Shown here: positions 1 through 10,084 of the stretch, piece by piece
Layout: each line of letters opens with the position of its first letter
Position numbering within the stretch: the first letter of the stretch is position 1
Source of the DNA: Candidatus Heimdallarchaeota archaeon
Lineage (GTDB): Archaea; Asgardarchaeota; Heimdallarchaeia; JABLTI01
DNA length: 47,648 nt
Direction of reading: 5' to 3'
Assembly (NCBI GenBank): GCA_019056785.1
Contig: DXJV01000065.1
Span: 1-47,648, forward strand
Translations under genes and position numbers: made by a program
Notes under the pieces: model-generated
What the model saw: the letters and a program-made list of their open reading frames with translations, nothing else
Database searches by the model: none
What the model was told of the DNA's origin: nothing

Positions 1-93
1 GAGCACCGCTCCAAAATCACATCATTCCAAACGGTCAGTTATTTTTCAACTTTTTCTGGAGCCTGTCGTGCTGCCTGGCTACACTACCACCCC
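1..93 (-). tRNA. trnW: tRNA-Trp(CCA), 5' exon (93-56) plus intron at 37/38 running off the window start (partial)
   Basis: Minus strand from 93 reads GGGGTGG (acceptor 5' strand), TA, GTGT-AGCCAGGCA-GCAC (D arm), G, ACAGG, CT, CCA, G. The expected 3' anticodon strand (CCTGT) does not follow, which fits the canonical archaeal 37/38 intron. The 3' exon is outside the window. Confidence 0.85.
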
Positions 94-133
94 AAGCTAG
101 TCTGGGGAAGTATTTTTGTAGTTTCCTTTTGTC

Positions 134-148
134 TATAAAATATTTTCG
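134..148 (-). promoter_or_regulatory. Putative BRE/TATA promoter of tRNA-Trp
   Basis: Minus strand CGAAAA-TA-TTTTATA about 40-55 nt upstream of the tRNA 5' end. Confidence 0.5.
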
Positions 149-162
149 ATGAAGACGAATGA

Positions 163-615
163 TTACTTTGTGATTTTTATTAGAAGCATTTCTTCGGTTT
201 GTTCAAAGGTGTAGCTGAAATTGTAGGCTGTTGCGATAGGTTCAAACACAAAATTCCAATCTTTAGTAAAGTTCTCCGGAAGTGCCAAAAGCTTTACCAA
301 TTGCTTGTTTGGCCAACCGATGATCTCAATTTCGAATCCATCTTCAGTCTCCTGGTAGTAGGCTTTCGTTGCTCCAGCAGTTAAGTAATTCTTAGCAAAT
401 TCTCGGGCGATTTGTTCAGGGGTAGCATGCATGACCTTTTCCCATCCTTTTGCCATTTCTTTCCCAAAATACAAGGCAAGATCCTTCAATGCAAGCTGAT
501 GCTCTTGGATAAATTTCATTGTTAAGAGCATAAAAACTTGATAGTTCAACATCCCTGCTTGAAGCAATTCCTCTGGTTTGAAAATCAATTCTTTTTTTTC
601 AGGCAAATTTTTCAC
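163..615 (-). CDS. Hypothetical protein (possible V4R/ligand-binding-like fold)
   Basis: 150-aa ORF with protein-like composition. GAGGTG SD suggests the true start may be TTG at 606. Confidence 0.7.
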   Translation of the reverse strand: MKNLPEKKELIFKPEELLQAGMLNYQVFMLLTMKFIQEHQLALKDLALYFGKEMAKGWEKVMHATPEQIAREFAKNYLTAGATKAYYQETEDGFEIEIIGWPNKQLVKLLALPENFTKDWNFVFEPIATAYNFSYTFEQTEEMLLIKITK

Positions 616-845
616 CTCAATTACTTTCTCCTTTTTTTATAAAAAACTCAATTTGTTATTTAAACATTTAGTACCGAGGTTTTTGTTTCTGAGGAATATT
701 TGAGTTATTTATTTGTTTCGTTTTTTTCACTCACGAAGGCACTCTTCTTTTTTTAGTCTTATTTAACAAAGTTTAATATATGTGTATCTATGTAAATTAT
801 TGTACTGACCACTATTTACTGTTAATAGACGGAGAAAGTAGTATA

Positions 846-1661
846 ATGAATGTTAAAGCGATAAACTTGCAAAGGGAATTTCAAAAACTTCGGAGTGGGA
901 AGACCAGAGATAGAAAAAATGCCGCGTGGTTTTTAGGGAACACGAAAGATCGGCGCGCTGTAGAGCCATTAATACAAGCAATAAAAATTGAAAAGGATCG
1001 ATTTGTTCGCAAAAACATTGTTACGGCGTTGGCTAAAATTGGTGATAAAAGAGCGCTCAAAGTTCTAAAAACAATCAGGAAAAAAGATCCGGATGAGAAA
1101 GTTCGGAGAGAGGCGAGTTGGGCTATTCGGAAAATAAACACAAATAGCTCTACTCTAACGAGTGTGAAATTATCAAAAACGGTTATGAAAACAAAAGTTG
1201 CTAAAAGGGTTACTGGGAAAACAATTAAACAACAAAAAGTGGTCAAACGTTCCCAAAAGCATTTCACAGTTCACCCGACAAAATCGCGAGTTCGGAAAAC
1301 GTCCCTTAAGCAAAAATCTGCTACAGTAAGGGTACCAAAAAAAACCGTCAGAAGGGTTACACCCACGAGTAGAACGGCACCAAAACCAGCCGGGAAAAAG
1401 CATCCTATAAAAAAGCTTGTGGTTGTTCCAAAGGCAACCCCCGCCCTCACACAAAAAAAAGGTGACTCTAAGGTTCACACCACCTCCTCTAAAAGCAAAT
1501 TAACAAAAACAGTCTATAAATCACCACCGGTAAAATCTCCAAGTTCGAAAAAGAAGACGAAAATCGTTTCTGCAAGTGGAACGGAAAAATCCAGTAAATC
1601 GAAAATAAAAAGTAATTCACGCTCTCTAAAACCAAAGGCTAGATTAAAGCAGAAAAAATAA
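846..1661 (+). CDS. PBS-lyase HEAT-repeat protein with long Lys/Ser/Thr/Pro-rich (histone H1-like) C-terminal tail
   Basis: HEAT motifs RKNAAWFLG..AVEPLI, VRKNIVTALAKIGD..AL and DPDEKVRREASWAI, then about 170 aa of basic low-complexity sequence. Start chosen at ATG 846 after GGAG (ORF track starts at 780). Confidence 0.8.
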   Translation: MNVKAINLQREFQKLRSGKTRDRKNAAWFLGNTKDRRAVEPLIQAIKIEKDRFVRKNIVTALAKIGDKRALKVLKTIRKKDPDEKVRREASWAIRKINTNSSTLTSVKLSKTVMKTKVAKRVTGKTIKQQKVVKRSQKHFTVHPTKSRVRKTSLKQKSATVRVPKKTVRRVTPTSRTAPKPAGKKHPIKKLVVVPKATPALTQKKGDSKVHTTSSKSKLTKTVYKSPPVKSPSSKKKTKIVSASGTEKSSKSKIKSNSRSLKPKARLKQKK

Positions 1662-1812
1662 TTTTGTTGTGACATTTTCCACATATCATAAGAGTTCAGT
1701 CTTTGAGATTTCAATAATTTTCAAGAGAATAAATTTTGATGCCCTAATAGGGAAATAACAGAAGTTACTAAGACGATTTTTCCCGTAAAAAAAAGGCAAA
1801 GGATGATATTGG

Positions 1813-2793
1813 TTACTTCTGATTTTCCTCTGTTTGTTTCTTTCTTCGCCACCAGCTTCTTCTTTTTTCTTGCCGGTTTTTTCGTTCCTCTGCCTTTTTT
1901 TGTTCTAGTTGAGCTAACTCGTTCAAAAATACGAGGTTGATTTGTTCTCGCTTTGTAAAAAACTGTTTTGTGAAGAGCATATTTGTGGTAATGCTTGCAA
2001 TAAATGCTGCAGACAAAAGCATTAAAAATATGACGACTTGATAGACCGCTGCTTCTATTGGCGGGACACCCCCAATTATCATCCCTGACATTAGCCCCGG
2101 CAAGGAAACAATTCCCAGTGTTGCTACCCGATTGATTGTTGGAAGAAGACTTGCCTTATAGCTGTCTTTCAAGATAGTTTTAACGGCATTTTTTGGTGAA
2201 TCACCCAGAGCCAACGCTGCTTCTATTTTTCCCCGTGATTTAATAATGTCAGATTTTGCACGCTCGAGAGCGATTCCAGACATTCTCATTGCTGAGGATA
2301 TTACCATACTTCCCATGGGGATAACAAATTCTCCCTGTGGGGGATAAGGGATAATTCCTTCTATTTTAAAAGGAAGATTTGGTATTGCAGCGAAAATTGC
2401 TCCAGAGAAGATAACTATTGACATTATAAACATTGTGCTGGCAGTTATTGCAAGCAAACCTATTAGAAGGACCTTCGGATAGTGATAGCTCTGGTAATTT
2501 GTAAACGCAGCAAAAGCTGACATAAATAAAAGAATGAGAAATTGCATCCAAATCTTCTGAATGCCAAAGATCACTGTTAAGAACGAGCCAAAAAGAACCA
2601 CTTGAAGAAAGCCTCGTAGAAAGCTCCAGACGAGTTTAGACTCGAGGTTGGTTCGTTGCCATAACGACAAACCAATAAGCATCAATAAAAGAATAGCTGA
2701 CAAGCCGATTCTAATCCAGATGTTGGGCTCTTTTAATGCCTGCCAAATTTCCACCAAGGTTTGATAGATCATAGCCACCAATTCTGAAGCCAT
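1813..2793 (-). CDS. fetB: FetB/YbbM (UPF0014) family ABC transporter permease
   Basis: Multi-TM protein with IEAALALG, GIVSLPGLMSGMIIGG and AAVYQ motifs. ATG 2793 lies 1 nt after the stop of the ATPase. Confidence 0.85.
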   Translation of the reverse strand: MASELVAMIYQTLVEIWQALKEPNIWIRIGLSAILLLMLIGLSLWQRTNLESKLVWSFLRGFLQVVLFGSFLTVIFGIQKIWMQFLILLFMSAFAAFTNYQSYHYPKVLLIGLLAITASTMFIMSIVIFSGAIFAAIPNLPFKIEGIIPYPPQGEFVIPMGSMVISSAMRMSGIALERAKSDIIKSRGKIEAALALGDSPKNAVKTILKDSYKASLLPTINRVATLGIVSLPGLMSGMIIGGVPPIEAAVYQVVIFLMLLSAAFIASITTNMLFTKQFFTKREQINLVFLNELAQLEQKKAEERKNRQEKRRSWWRRKKQTEENQK

Positions 2794-2794
2794 T

Positions 2795-3550
2795 TTAATT
2801 TTCCTCCTTTTTCTTGAAGAACGAACGAATTTCATCGTTGCGGTATTGGGTAAAGAACTCCTCAGTGGGAGCCGTTTCCACCAGCTGGCCACCTTTAAGA
2901 AATAGCAGCTGTTCGGTCAATCGTTCCGTTTGCTCGAGTGAATGAGTAACAATAATCACTTTTACTTGCCTCTCTTCTGAAAGGCGCTTTAAGGTGCTTT
3001 CAATTATTTCTTCAGAGATAACATCCAAGGAGCTTGTGGGCTCATCTAATAAGAGGACTTGAGGTTCGTTAGCTAGACTTCGAGCTAGACTTACCCTTTG
3101 CTGCTCCCCACCAGAAAGCCCTTCAATATCGCGTTCAAGGAATTCGTGGGGGAGAGCAACTTTGTCAAGAAGATGTAATAAGTCATCTTCTGAATAGTCT
3201 ATACCCCAAATCTTTGGACCATAAAGTAAGTTTTCCTTCACTGTCCCTTCAAAGAGATAAGGTCGTTGTTGAACCAGTCCTATTTGTTTTCGCAACAAAG
3301 TGGGCGGGATTTCAGCGATATCTTGCCCATTAAAGAAGATTTTTCCGGTGGTTGGGGAGATAAGGTTGTTCAATAACCTGAGAAAAGTGCTTTTTCCTGA
3401 GCCTGACGGGCCGATAATACCGGTAATTTTATGTTTATTAATTTCAATAGTAATATGAGATAGAATCTGGATTGAACCAATTTTAAAAGAAACATCCTGC
3501 ACAGAGAAAATACTCTCTGAGTTCTCATTATCAAGAGTCATAGCGACCAT
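2795..3550 (-). CDS. fetA: FetA/YbbL-type ABC transporter ATP-binding protein
   Basis: Walker A GPSGSGKST, signature LSGGEQQR, Walker B LLLDEPT, H-loop VTH. Coupled to the FetB-like permease. Confidence 0.85.
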   Translation of the reverse strand: MVAMTLDNENSESIFSVQDVSFKIGSIQILSHITIEINKHKITGIIGPSGSGKSTFLRLLNNLISPTTGKIFFNGQDIAEIPPTLLRKQIGLVQQRPYLFEGTVKENLLYGPKIWGIDYSEDDLLHLLDKVALPHEFLERDIEGLSGGEQQRVSLARSLANEPQVLLLDEPTSSLDVISEEIIESTLKRLSEERQVKVIIVTHSLEQTERLTEQLLFLKGGQLVETAPTEEFFTQYRNDEIRSFFKKKEEN

Positions 3551-3901
3551 ATTCTGCTTCTCAAAGTTAAAAATTATTGGTTAAAAAAGCATATTCGACC
3601 AGGGAAGGTCCGACCTCTTTCTGAGTGGATTTTACTTTCAAAAGAGCTTTGAACAGCAATTGCCCCATTTTCTCGAAAAGAGTTCTCTAAACTTCTTAAA
3701 AGTAGAAAAATAACAAAAAAGATGAGCTTATCTTTATTAAGGAGAGTTTTTCTTCTACCACATGAAAACAATCCAATCATAAAACCAGGACCGAACCTTT
3801 AATAGTGGTTTATGGGAAAATTTCATAATGATGAATAATCAAGAAGTTATTGTGAATAGGAAGTCAGTAGAAAAGAGATAGGACAAGGAGAAGAAGTGCT
3901 C

Positions 3902-5062
3902 ATGACAGATTGCGTGTTATTCCTTCATGGACATCAACCCTACTACAACGAAGAATTTATCGTGAAAGAAATTGTCTGGCAAAGTTATGGCCCACTCTTT
4001 AAGCTATTACTTGACAGGTCGAAAGATACAGACTTCCAAATTAATCTCTCACTCACCGGTAGTGTGTTACAATGGTTTGAACGTCTGGAAAATGATTACT
4101 TGCTGTCAACACTTGGAGAACTAATCGATAAGGGGATTGTGGAACTGTTATTATCGCCCTTTTATCATGCGCCACTCGTCTTTACAAATGATGGGTTCAT
4201 AAAAGAACAATTTTATCACCACAGAAAAATGGTGAAAGATCTCTTTGGTAAAGAAATGCGAGGTCTTTTCCCTCCGGAAATGATTTTTTCCACACATAAA
4301 AACCAGTTAGTAATGGATTTAGATGTCGACTATTTGTTTGTTGATGGCATTTATAACTCATTCCATACAGATGATGTCGATGGCCTATGGAAACTTGTGA
4401 CACCTAAAGAGATTTTCGTCTTGGTCCGCAACCGAGCCTTAAGTTGGCATTTTTCCGACAATGCCTTTCCGAATGCGCACTGGATGTTAACCACAATAAG
4501 TAAAAAAAGTGGCCCGGTGACAATCGGCTGTGATGTTGAATGTTTTGGACATCACCGAAGTGCTGAATCATTTAAATTTCTCGAGTATTTTCTAGCGCAT
4601 GCGAAAGAGAAGGGTGTCGAGCTGCTTACAGGCAAAGAAGCCGTGAAGAGAAATAAACAGAAAGCACAGATCTATCAAATTGAAGAAATAACTACTTGGG
4701 CGCGCAGCATTAATGTCTTCTTTCCTCACTCGAGAATAATTGAAATGTGGTTCGCCCAAAAAGAAGTGGAGTCAATGTATCATCGCCTCGAGTTCTTCTA
4801 TTTTCAGATAGAAAGAGCCCTCCAGCAGACAAACGAAGATGAAATCTTGCTCAAAGAGCTCATCGATTTTAAAGTGAAAAAACTCGACGAAGTTCGCTGG
4901 GAAATACACCGACAACTTACCGATGCAGCTCTTTACCATGAAGATTTCTCTAACAAGAACACTTATCGAGCAATGCTATTGCAGTCAGCTAGAATTAAAG
5001 CCAACCTGTGGACACTCGAGCAAGAACTCCTTAAGCAATTTAATAAAAGCAACAAAGGATAA
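3902..5062 (+). CDS. Glycoside hydrolase family 57-like protein
   Basis: GH57 motifs LHGHQPY, SLTGS, FYHAPL, FPPEM (nucleophile Glu) and GCDVECFGHH (acid/base Asp). Confidence 0.8.
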   Translation: MTDCVLFLHGHQPYYNEEFIVKEIVWQSYGPLFKLLLDRSKDTDFQINLSLTGSVLQWFERLENDYLLSTLGELIDKGIVELLLSPFYHAPLVFTNDGFIKEQFYHHRKMVKDLFGKEMRGLFPPEMIFSTHKNQLVMDLDVDYLFVDGIYNSFHTDDVDGLWKLVTPKEIFVLVRNRALSWHFSDNAFPNAHWMLTTISKKSGPVTIGCDVECFGHHRSAESFKFLEYFLAHAKEKGVELLTGKEAVKRNKQKAQIYQIEEITTWARSINVFFPHSRIIEMWFAQKEVESMYHRLEFFYFQIERALQQTNEDEILLKELIDFKVKKLDEVRWEIHRQLTDAALYHEDFSNKNTYRAMLLQSARIKANLWTLEQELLKQFNKSNKG

Positions 5063-5158
5063 AACATTTCACAAAAAGACGGTAAAATGAAACAGCTTAT
5101 TTCTAAACAAATAAATTTTGAAGGCGCATATAGCTAAAAAGGTCATTCTGCCATCGGA

Positions 5159-5653
5159 CTAGTCAAAAGCTTCGGGGTAATATTTTGGAGAGATACAATA
5201 TTTGTCATCTTGTGGTGGGTCAACGACAGGTAAAGCTAGCGAATCTAAAAAGCGATCAAGTTTAAGTGCTCGTTGAAAAACTCTCTCATCCAATTTAAAG
5301 GGCTCTTCTTTTGTACCCGAAACTTCTATAATTAGGGAATTAGGCTCTCGTTCGATGGTCAGCTGGCAAGCAACACCATTTACTAATACCCGTTCTGGAG
5401 AGTTCTGTTCAAGAAAACTCGAAATAGTCGAATCATCTTCGTTTTCCGCAGAATTTTCAGGTTCGAGGGATAACCGGTCCAACACATCATTCAATTCTTC
5501 TTCTGATGAGAATTTTACCTTTGCAAGAAATCGCTCCGGTTTCATATCATTTGGATGTGGGTAAGCGGTACAAAGACGAAATATGGCCAATTGATTGATC
5601 CATTTCTTGACAGGTTCCTCTCCATAGGTTATTAAAAGATAATTTAGCGCCAT
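5159..5653 (-). CDS. Hypothetical protein
   Basis: 164-aa ORF, GGGA SD-like sequence upstream, no recognised motif. Confidence 0.65.
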   Translation of the reverse strand: MALNYLLITYGEEPVKKWINQLAIFRLCTAYPHPNDMKPERFLAKVKFSSEEELNDVLDRLSLEPENSAENEDDSTISSFLEQNSPERVLVNGVACQLTIEREPNSLIIEVSGTKEEPFKLDERVFQRALKLDRFLDSLALPVVDPPQDDKYCISPKYYPEAFD

Positions 5654-5751
5654 TTGCAGTCCCTAAAAGATGTTCTTTACACATATTGAAATCTTTTATG
5701 GTAGACAAAAAAGAAGTAATTGCTGTTTATTTTAAAAAAATAAAAGAAGAA

Positions 5752-7623
5752 TTAATTTCTTCTTTGGAAAACAGAAATGTAGAAACGGGAATTTGCTTTT
5801 ACCACAACCGAGGGAACTTGTGGAATGGTTTTTATCCCAATAGATGATAGGTGATCCTGAGGAACATTTCGGACTTGATCGAACGGTCGGGGGATAATTG
5901 GCTTAATAGGAGGTGGCTTTGGTGTGGGGTTCGGTGCAGAATAGGGTTTTACGATATAGGGCTGAATACCGAGATAGGCATAATGGGTTTGTGGTTTACC
6001 GTATTCAAATTTTGGTTGGATGGACCGATCAACGAGTAGATAGTTTTGTGCATAGACTTTCTCTGAAAATGTCAATGAAGCTTTTAATGCTACAAATTTG
6101 CCAAGCTTGACTGAAAGAGATACTGAATGTTCTGAAGATGCTTCTTGCTTATATTCCATTATTGCCCCTTCGTGAATGCTGTAGGTTTTGGTGTGAGTGC
6201 CGATTTTCTTATAACCCTCAGTTATTGGCAGATAATCGTATTGATTCTTGAAATCTTGGACAGATAAGTCAGTAAATTTAGCTTCCTTAAAGCGTATATT
6301 TGAAATCGATTCGAGATAGGTATCAGTTTCCCCTGGAAGGCGGATTGCCTTTTTATCCAGTAAATAAGTAGTTTTAATAAAAACCACAGCATCGTTTTCT
6401 CCATAACGTCGACTTACACCATAATATTCATCGTTCTTGTAAAGATACATGTCGTAAATTGGAAATGAAACAGAGACACCAATACCTTTAAAGCTTAGGC
6501 CTGCAGATAAGGCGAGGGAGACTTTTACACTGCGAGTGCGACCAACGTGGTAAACATTCTCCACTCCTTGGACACTAGGAGCATAAAGCCTGCAAAGTGA
6601 TTCTGCAGAGATGGCTTGATAATTATAAACTGTTGTCCCGACAGTTGTTTTACCAAACATTACATTGTCTACATAGAAGCTCGTTTTTGTATAAGCATCA
6701 ACCATAAATTCTATGGCTTTTAACTGAACGTTTTTCGAAATAGTTTCATAGACCAAAATTTCTTTGTTTAAGTAGAGACTATAGGTAAGGCTTGAGCCAT
6801 CATCATTCTGCTCAAAGAGAATGTCAAATTGGTACCATTCCTTTTCCTGGAAGTCTAGAACTAAAATAGGATGAATCGCCGAACCATCATCAGATAAACC
6901 AATATAATTGGAAGTAAACATTAATGATAGTAGTTGAAAACCGCTTGAGGTCCAAACCTTTGCATAAGCGTAATTTGAATCATCATCATACAAAGTGTCA
7001 AAAGCAACTTGAAATGAAAATAAGACCGGTGTTGTAAGACTTAATGCTTCTGTGTAATGTAGAACAGTAGGTGCAGCCCCAAATTCATTTTGCAGCAGTT
7101 TTAGTGCTCGCCGAGAATTGCCATTCGCTAATCCTTCTGCAGCAGGGTCAACAACCCGCACATCAGATATATCGTGAAATTCAGTTACTTGCCAATTACT
7201 AGGATTTCCGCTTAGCGCGTCAGTCTCAAAATTAGAATAGAAGAATGTCTTAGATGCCAGAACAAAGTTGTAGGTCCCCCCTCGAGAGCTGACAGAAATA
7301 GTTTTTGTATAATACCCACTCTTTGAGACTTCTAACTGTGCCAAGGAGACAATATCATTTCCCACACAATAATAGCCACTGCTATCCGTGTAATCCGTCG
7401 AAACTTGTCGGCCATTACTAAACAACCGAACATACGCACCTGCTATTGGTTTCCCAAAATCATCTTTCACGGTGCCGGTGTAGGTTGGAAAATTATCACC
7501 AACAGGTCTAGCACTGGCTTTCATTATTTGCCGAATCCCGGGCAATGAGAGATTAGGTACTATTATTAGAAATAGTACTAACCCAACAACTCCATACAAG
7601 AGTAATTTACTATTTTTTTTCAT
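5752..7623 (-). CDS. Secreted multidomain protein: signal peptide, carboxypeptidase-regulatory-like beta-sandwich, ConA/LamG-like domain, C-terminal beta-rich domain
   Basis: MKK plus hydrophobic N-terminus; GTVKD..GKPIAGAYV..TDSSGYY..VSKSGY; FYSNFE..WYQFDI..FYVDNV; Pro-rich linker near the C-terminus. Confidence 0.75.
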   Translation of the reverse strand: MKKNSKLLLYGVVGLVLFLIIVPNLSLPGIRQIMKASARPVGDNFPTYTGTVKDDFGKPIAGAYVRLFSNGRQVSTDYTDSSGYYCVGNDIVSLAQLEVSKSGYYTKTISVSSRGGTYNFVLASKTFFYSNFETDALSGNPSNWQVTEFHDISDVRVVDPAAEGLANGNSRRALKLLQNEFGAAPTVLHYTEALSLTTPVLFSFQVAFDTLYDDDSNYAYAKVWTSSGFQLLSLMFTSNYIGLSDDGSAIHPILVLDFQEKEWYQFDILFEQNDDGSSLTYSLYLNKEILVYETISKNVQLKAIEFMVDAYTKTSFYVDNVMFGKTTVGTTVYNYQAISAESLCRLYAPSVQGVENVYHVGRTRSVKVSLALSAGLSFKGIGVSVSFPIYDMYLYKNDEYYGVSRRYGENDAVVFIKTTYLLDKKAIRLPGETDTYLESISNIRFKEAKFTDLSVQDFKNQYDYLPITEGYKKIGTHTKTYSIHEGAIMEYKQEASSEHSVSLSVKLGKFVALKASLTFSEKVYAQNYLLVDRSIQPKFEYGKPQTHYAYLGIQPYIVKPYSAPNPTPKPPPIKPIIPRPFDQVRNVPQDHLSSIGIKTIPQVPSVVVKANSRFYISVFQRRN

Positions 7624-7853
7624 TTTGATACCACTTTTTAGAAGTAAATAACAGTTTCAGAAGATTTTGGGCAAAAAGAGTATTTAAATGGTTATAATTT
7701 AACTGTCAAAGAAAACTAGTTTAAAAAAACAATAAAAAAAATCACCTTGAATTTTTTAAAAAAAAGCAAAAGTCTAAGATCAACTGAAAAATCAGATATT
7801 AGGGATAGGAAAATCATTAAAATAAGTGGAAAAAAAGCTTTTTTTGATGAGAG

Positions 7854-8648
7854 ATGATAGTCATTGAGCCTTTAACGAAGGATCGAATCGATGAATTTGT
7901 TAGTTTTTTTGTGTGGGAGCTGAACAAAGAGGAAACCCCTTTTTTGTGAAAGGCATTGAAATGAAAAAAGACTATGTAGCTAATCGATTGGAAAAATTTG
8001 GGGGCATAGCGAAAATCGCTTTAGATGATGAGAAGATAATCGGAATTTTTACAATATCAACCATTAATAGAAGAGCAGCTAATAGAGATCCAGTGCATCA
8101 ATGTACGAGAAAAGGAGTACCAACAACAAGGTGTAGGGAAAGCTTTGCTAGGGTCATTCATTGAAGATATGAAAAAACCACAAGCATATTTTAAAGACCA
8201 ACCGGCTAAAGGAATTGTCACTTATGCTTTTGAAGTGCCTGATTACTTCCCTCAGCATAAATTCTACAAAAAAATGGGTTTTAAACAGATACAACCAGAT
8301 GACCCCTTTTATCTATTCTTTCCACTGGAGGAAGAGTTTGTTTATAAACCGAAAATCTCGCGAGCACAATTTAAAGCCTTGCCAGAAGATAAAAACAAAG
8401 CACTGCTATTTCTTGACCCCTCTTGCCCGTTTAGTTATTATTTTGCAAAAGAAATGGAACGACTAATCAAAGAGATAGAAAAGGATGTTGAGGTTGTCTT
8501 TATTGATGTTTTCAAGCAGAAGGATGAGGTAAAGAAAAGAGGCGGTATTGTGCCATTCTGTGTGACCAATAAAGTACCCATCAAAACCTTCTTCACAAAT
8601 ACAAAAGGCTTTCTTGATGAAGTAGCAAAAGCATTCCAAAAACGATGA
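7854..8648 (+). pseudogene. GNAT acetyltransferase with C-terminal YoaP-like domain, interrupted by two frameshifts (pseudogene or assembly error)
   Basis: Reconstructs as MIVIEPLTKDRIDEFVSF / CVGAEQRGNPFF...KIIGI / LQYQP...IQCINVREKEYQQQGVGKALL... (GNAT motif A) ...DPSCPF. Shifts fall at T7 (7904-7910) and T5 (8046-8050). Confidence 0.75.
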
Positions 8649-8677
8649 AAAGCCAAGAGCTACAAAACAATCTGCTT

Positions 8678-9763
8678 TTAGAGAACAATATAGATTTTTT
8701 TCTTGTCAAGAAGCCAAGCAATAAGCCAAACAATACCAACAGTAACAAAGCCACTAAAAAATACAAGGGCAACATGAGCTGTTGCTTTAAAAAGGAGGAA
8801 AAGCAGCTCAATAAAGAGAGGGTGAAGCATATATAGAAAAAGACTATTGCGACCTATTGGCTGGAGAAAATAACTCTTACCATGCGAGAGGTCCTTCTTA
8901 TCGAAAAGGAACCAGATAAACCAGAAAAGTAGAGCTGACAGGCCAACTGTAAGAAGGATATATGAAAGAGTTACACGATGCTTGGAGATGCCACCATATA
9001 ATGGATAGTCGAGGTATTTCCATAAGTAATGCAACCCACCACCAAGAACAGAAAAACATCCGCCGGCAATAAGGAGAAGTGTTTTATCACTCGAACGAAA
9101 ATCATCAACCACAGCTGTACTGAGAAGCATCATTAAACCATACCCCACACCACCAATGATACCGCCATGGCTCGAGGTGAAAGCCAAATCACCGATAGTC
9201 ACTAAAATACCATCTATAGAAACAGTTAACCCTAAGAGGAACTGATAGAGAAGGAGAAGAACGACACTAATAGCAAAACGATAAAAACAAGGGAGAATTA
9301 TGAAAAAAAGAGTGAGAATACCGGCAAAGCCAATTGCTTGAAGAACACCCCAATCAAAGGTAATGCCTGTGGGCTCAATGATTAACGCACCAAGAAAGCC
9401 AAAACCAAGAAGAGCAGCGTAGCGGCGAAGGAATCGAACATAAGCTTTGAGAAAGCCTTCTTTTTGAACAGCCCGAGAAAAGGACAATTTATATGTTAAA
9501 GCAATGGCGAAAATAAAGAAAGGAGCAATGAGATCAACATATGTTAATCCAAAATCCGCAGCATGTTTCGACCACCAAGGGGTAGTAGTGAAAACCGTAA
9601 GCGTATTAACAAACACCATGCCAACAATTGCAAGACCACGAAAAAGGTCTATACTCAAATAGCGTTTCTTGGGAGAAAGCTGGGAAGGACCGTTTTCTGA
9701 CTGCTGAGTCATTTCGCTAGAAACGACCGGTGATGTACTGATTAAACTTTCTTCAAGAGCCAT
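8678..9763 (-). CDS. Heparan-alpha-glucosaminide N-acetyltransferase (HGSNAT/NagX)-like membrane acyltransferase
   Basis: RYLSIDLFRGLAIVGMVFVN, KHA..GLTYVDLIAPFFIF, GVLQAIG and IGRNSLFLY motifs; about 10 TM segments. Confidence 0.8.
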   Translation of the reverse strand: MALEESLISTSPVVSSEMTQQSENGPSQLSPKKRYLSIDLFRGLAIVGMVFVNTLTVFTTTPWWSKHAADFGLTYVDLIAPFFIFAIALTYKLSFSRAVQKEGFLKAYVRFLRRYAALLGFGFLGALIIEPTGITFDWGVLQAIGFAGILTLFFIILPCFYRFAISVVLLLLYQFLLGLTVSIDGILVTIGDLAFTSSHGGIIGGVGYGLMMLLSTAVVDDFRSSDKTLLLIAGGCFSVLGGGLHYLWKYLDYPLYGGISKHRVTLSYILLTVGLSALLFWFIWFLFDKKDLSHGKSYFLQPIGRNSLFLYMLHPLFIELLFLLFKATAHVALVFFSGFVTVGIVWLIAWLLDKKKIYIVL

Positions 9764-10084
9764 AAGGCAGAACTTCTTTACCATTTAAGGGGGTGCTTTA
9801 GAGAAAGATAAACACTCCTTGAAATATAAACAACCAATTGTAGATAAAAAAGCTTGGAAAGTGATAAAAAACAGTTTGATGGCAAAATCTAGAGAAATTC
9901 TTAATGATGCGTCTTATGAGAAAAAGGGCATTGAAAAGCATTCTTGGAGCTGTTGCCAGAATAGAAGGGTAGAAACGATTTAGCGAGAAGCAAGTGAGAA
10001 GTGCAAATTTACGGAGAAAAAGAAGACAATGCTTTTTGGATATTTGTTGTAAGTTTTAAAAAGTCTGGTTTCTTTTTAACCCCT

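Noticed and set aside
881-1714. Minus-strand Phe/Leu-rich ORFs
   Set aside because: Antisense shadows of the Lys-rich gene; the same applies to the other short ORFs nested in long genes
3574-3800. 68-aa ORF and small hairpins (GACC-AGGGAA-GGTC) between fetA and GH57
   Set aside because: No SD or protein motif; hairpins are short and match no RNA family I recognise
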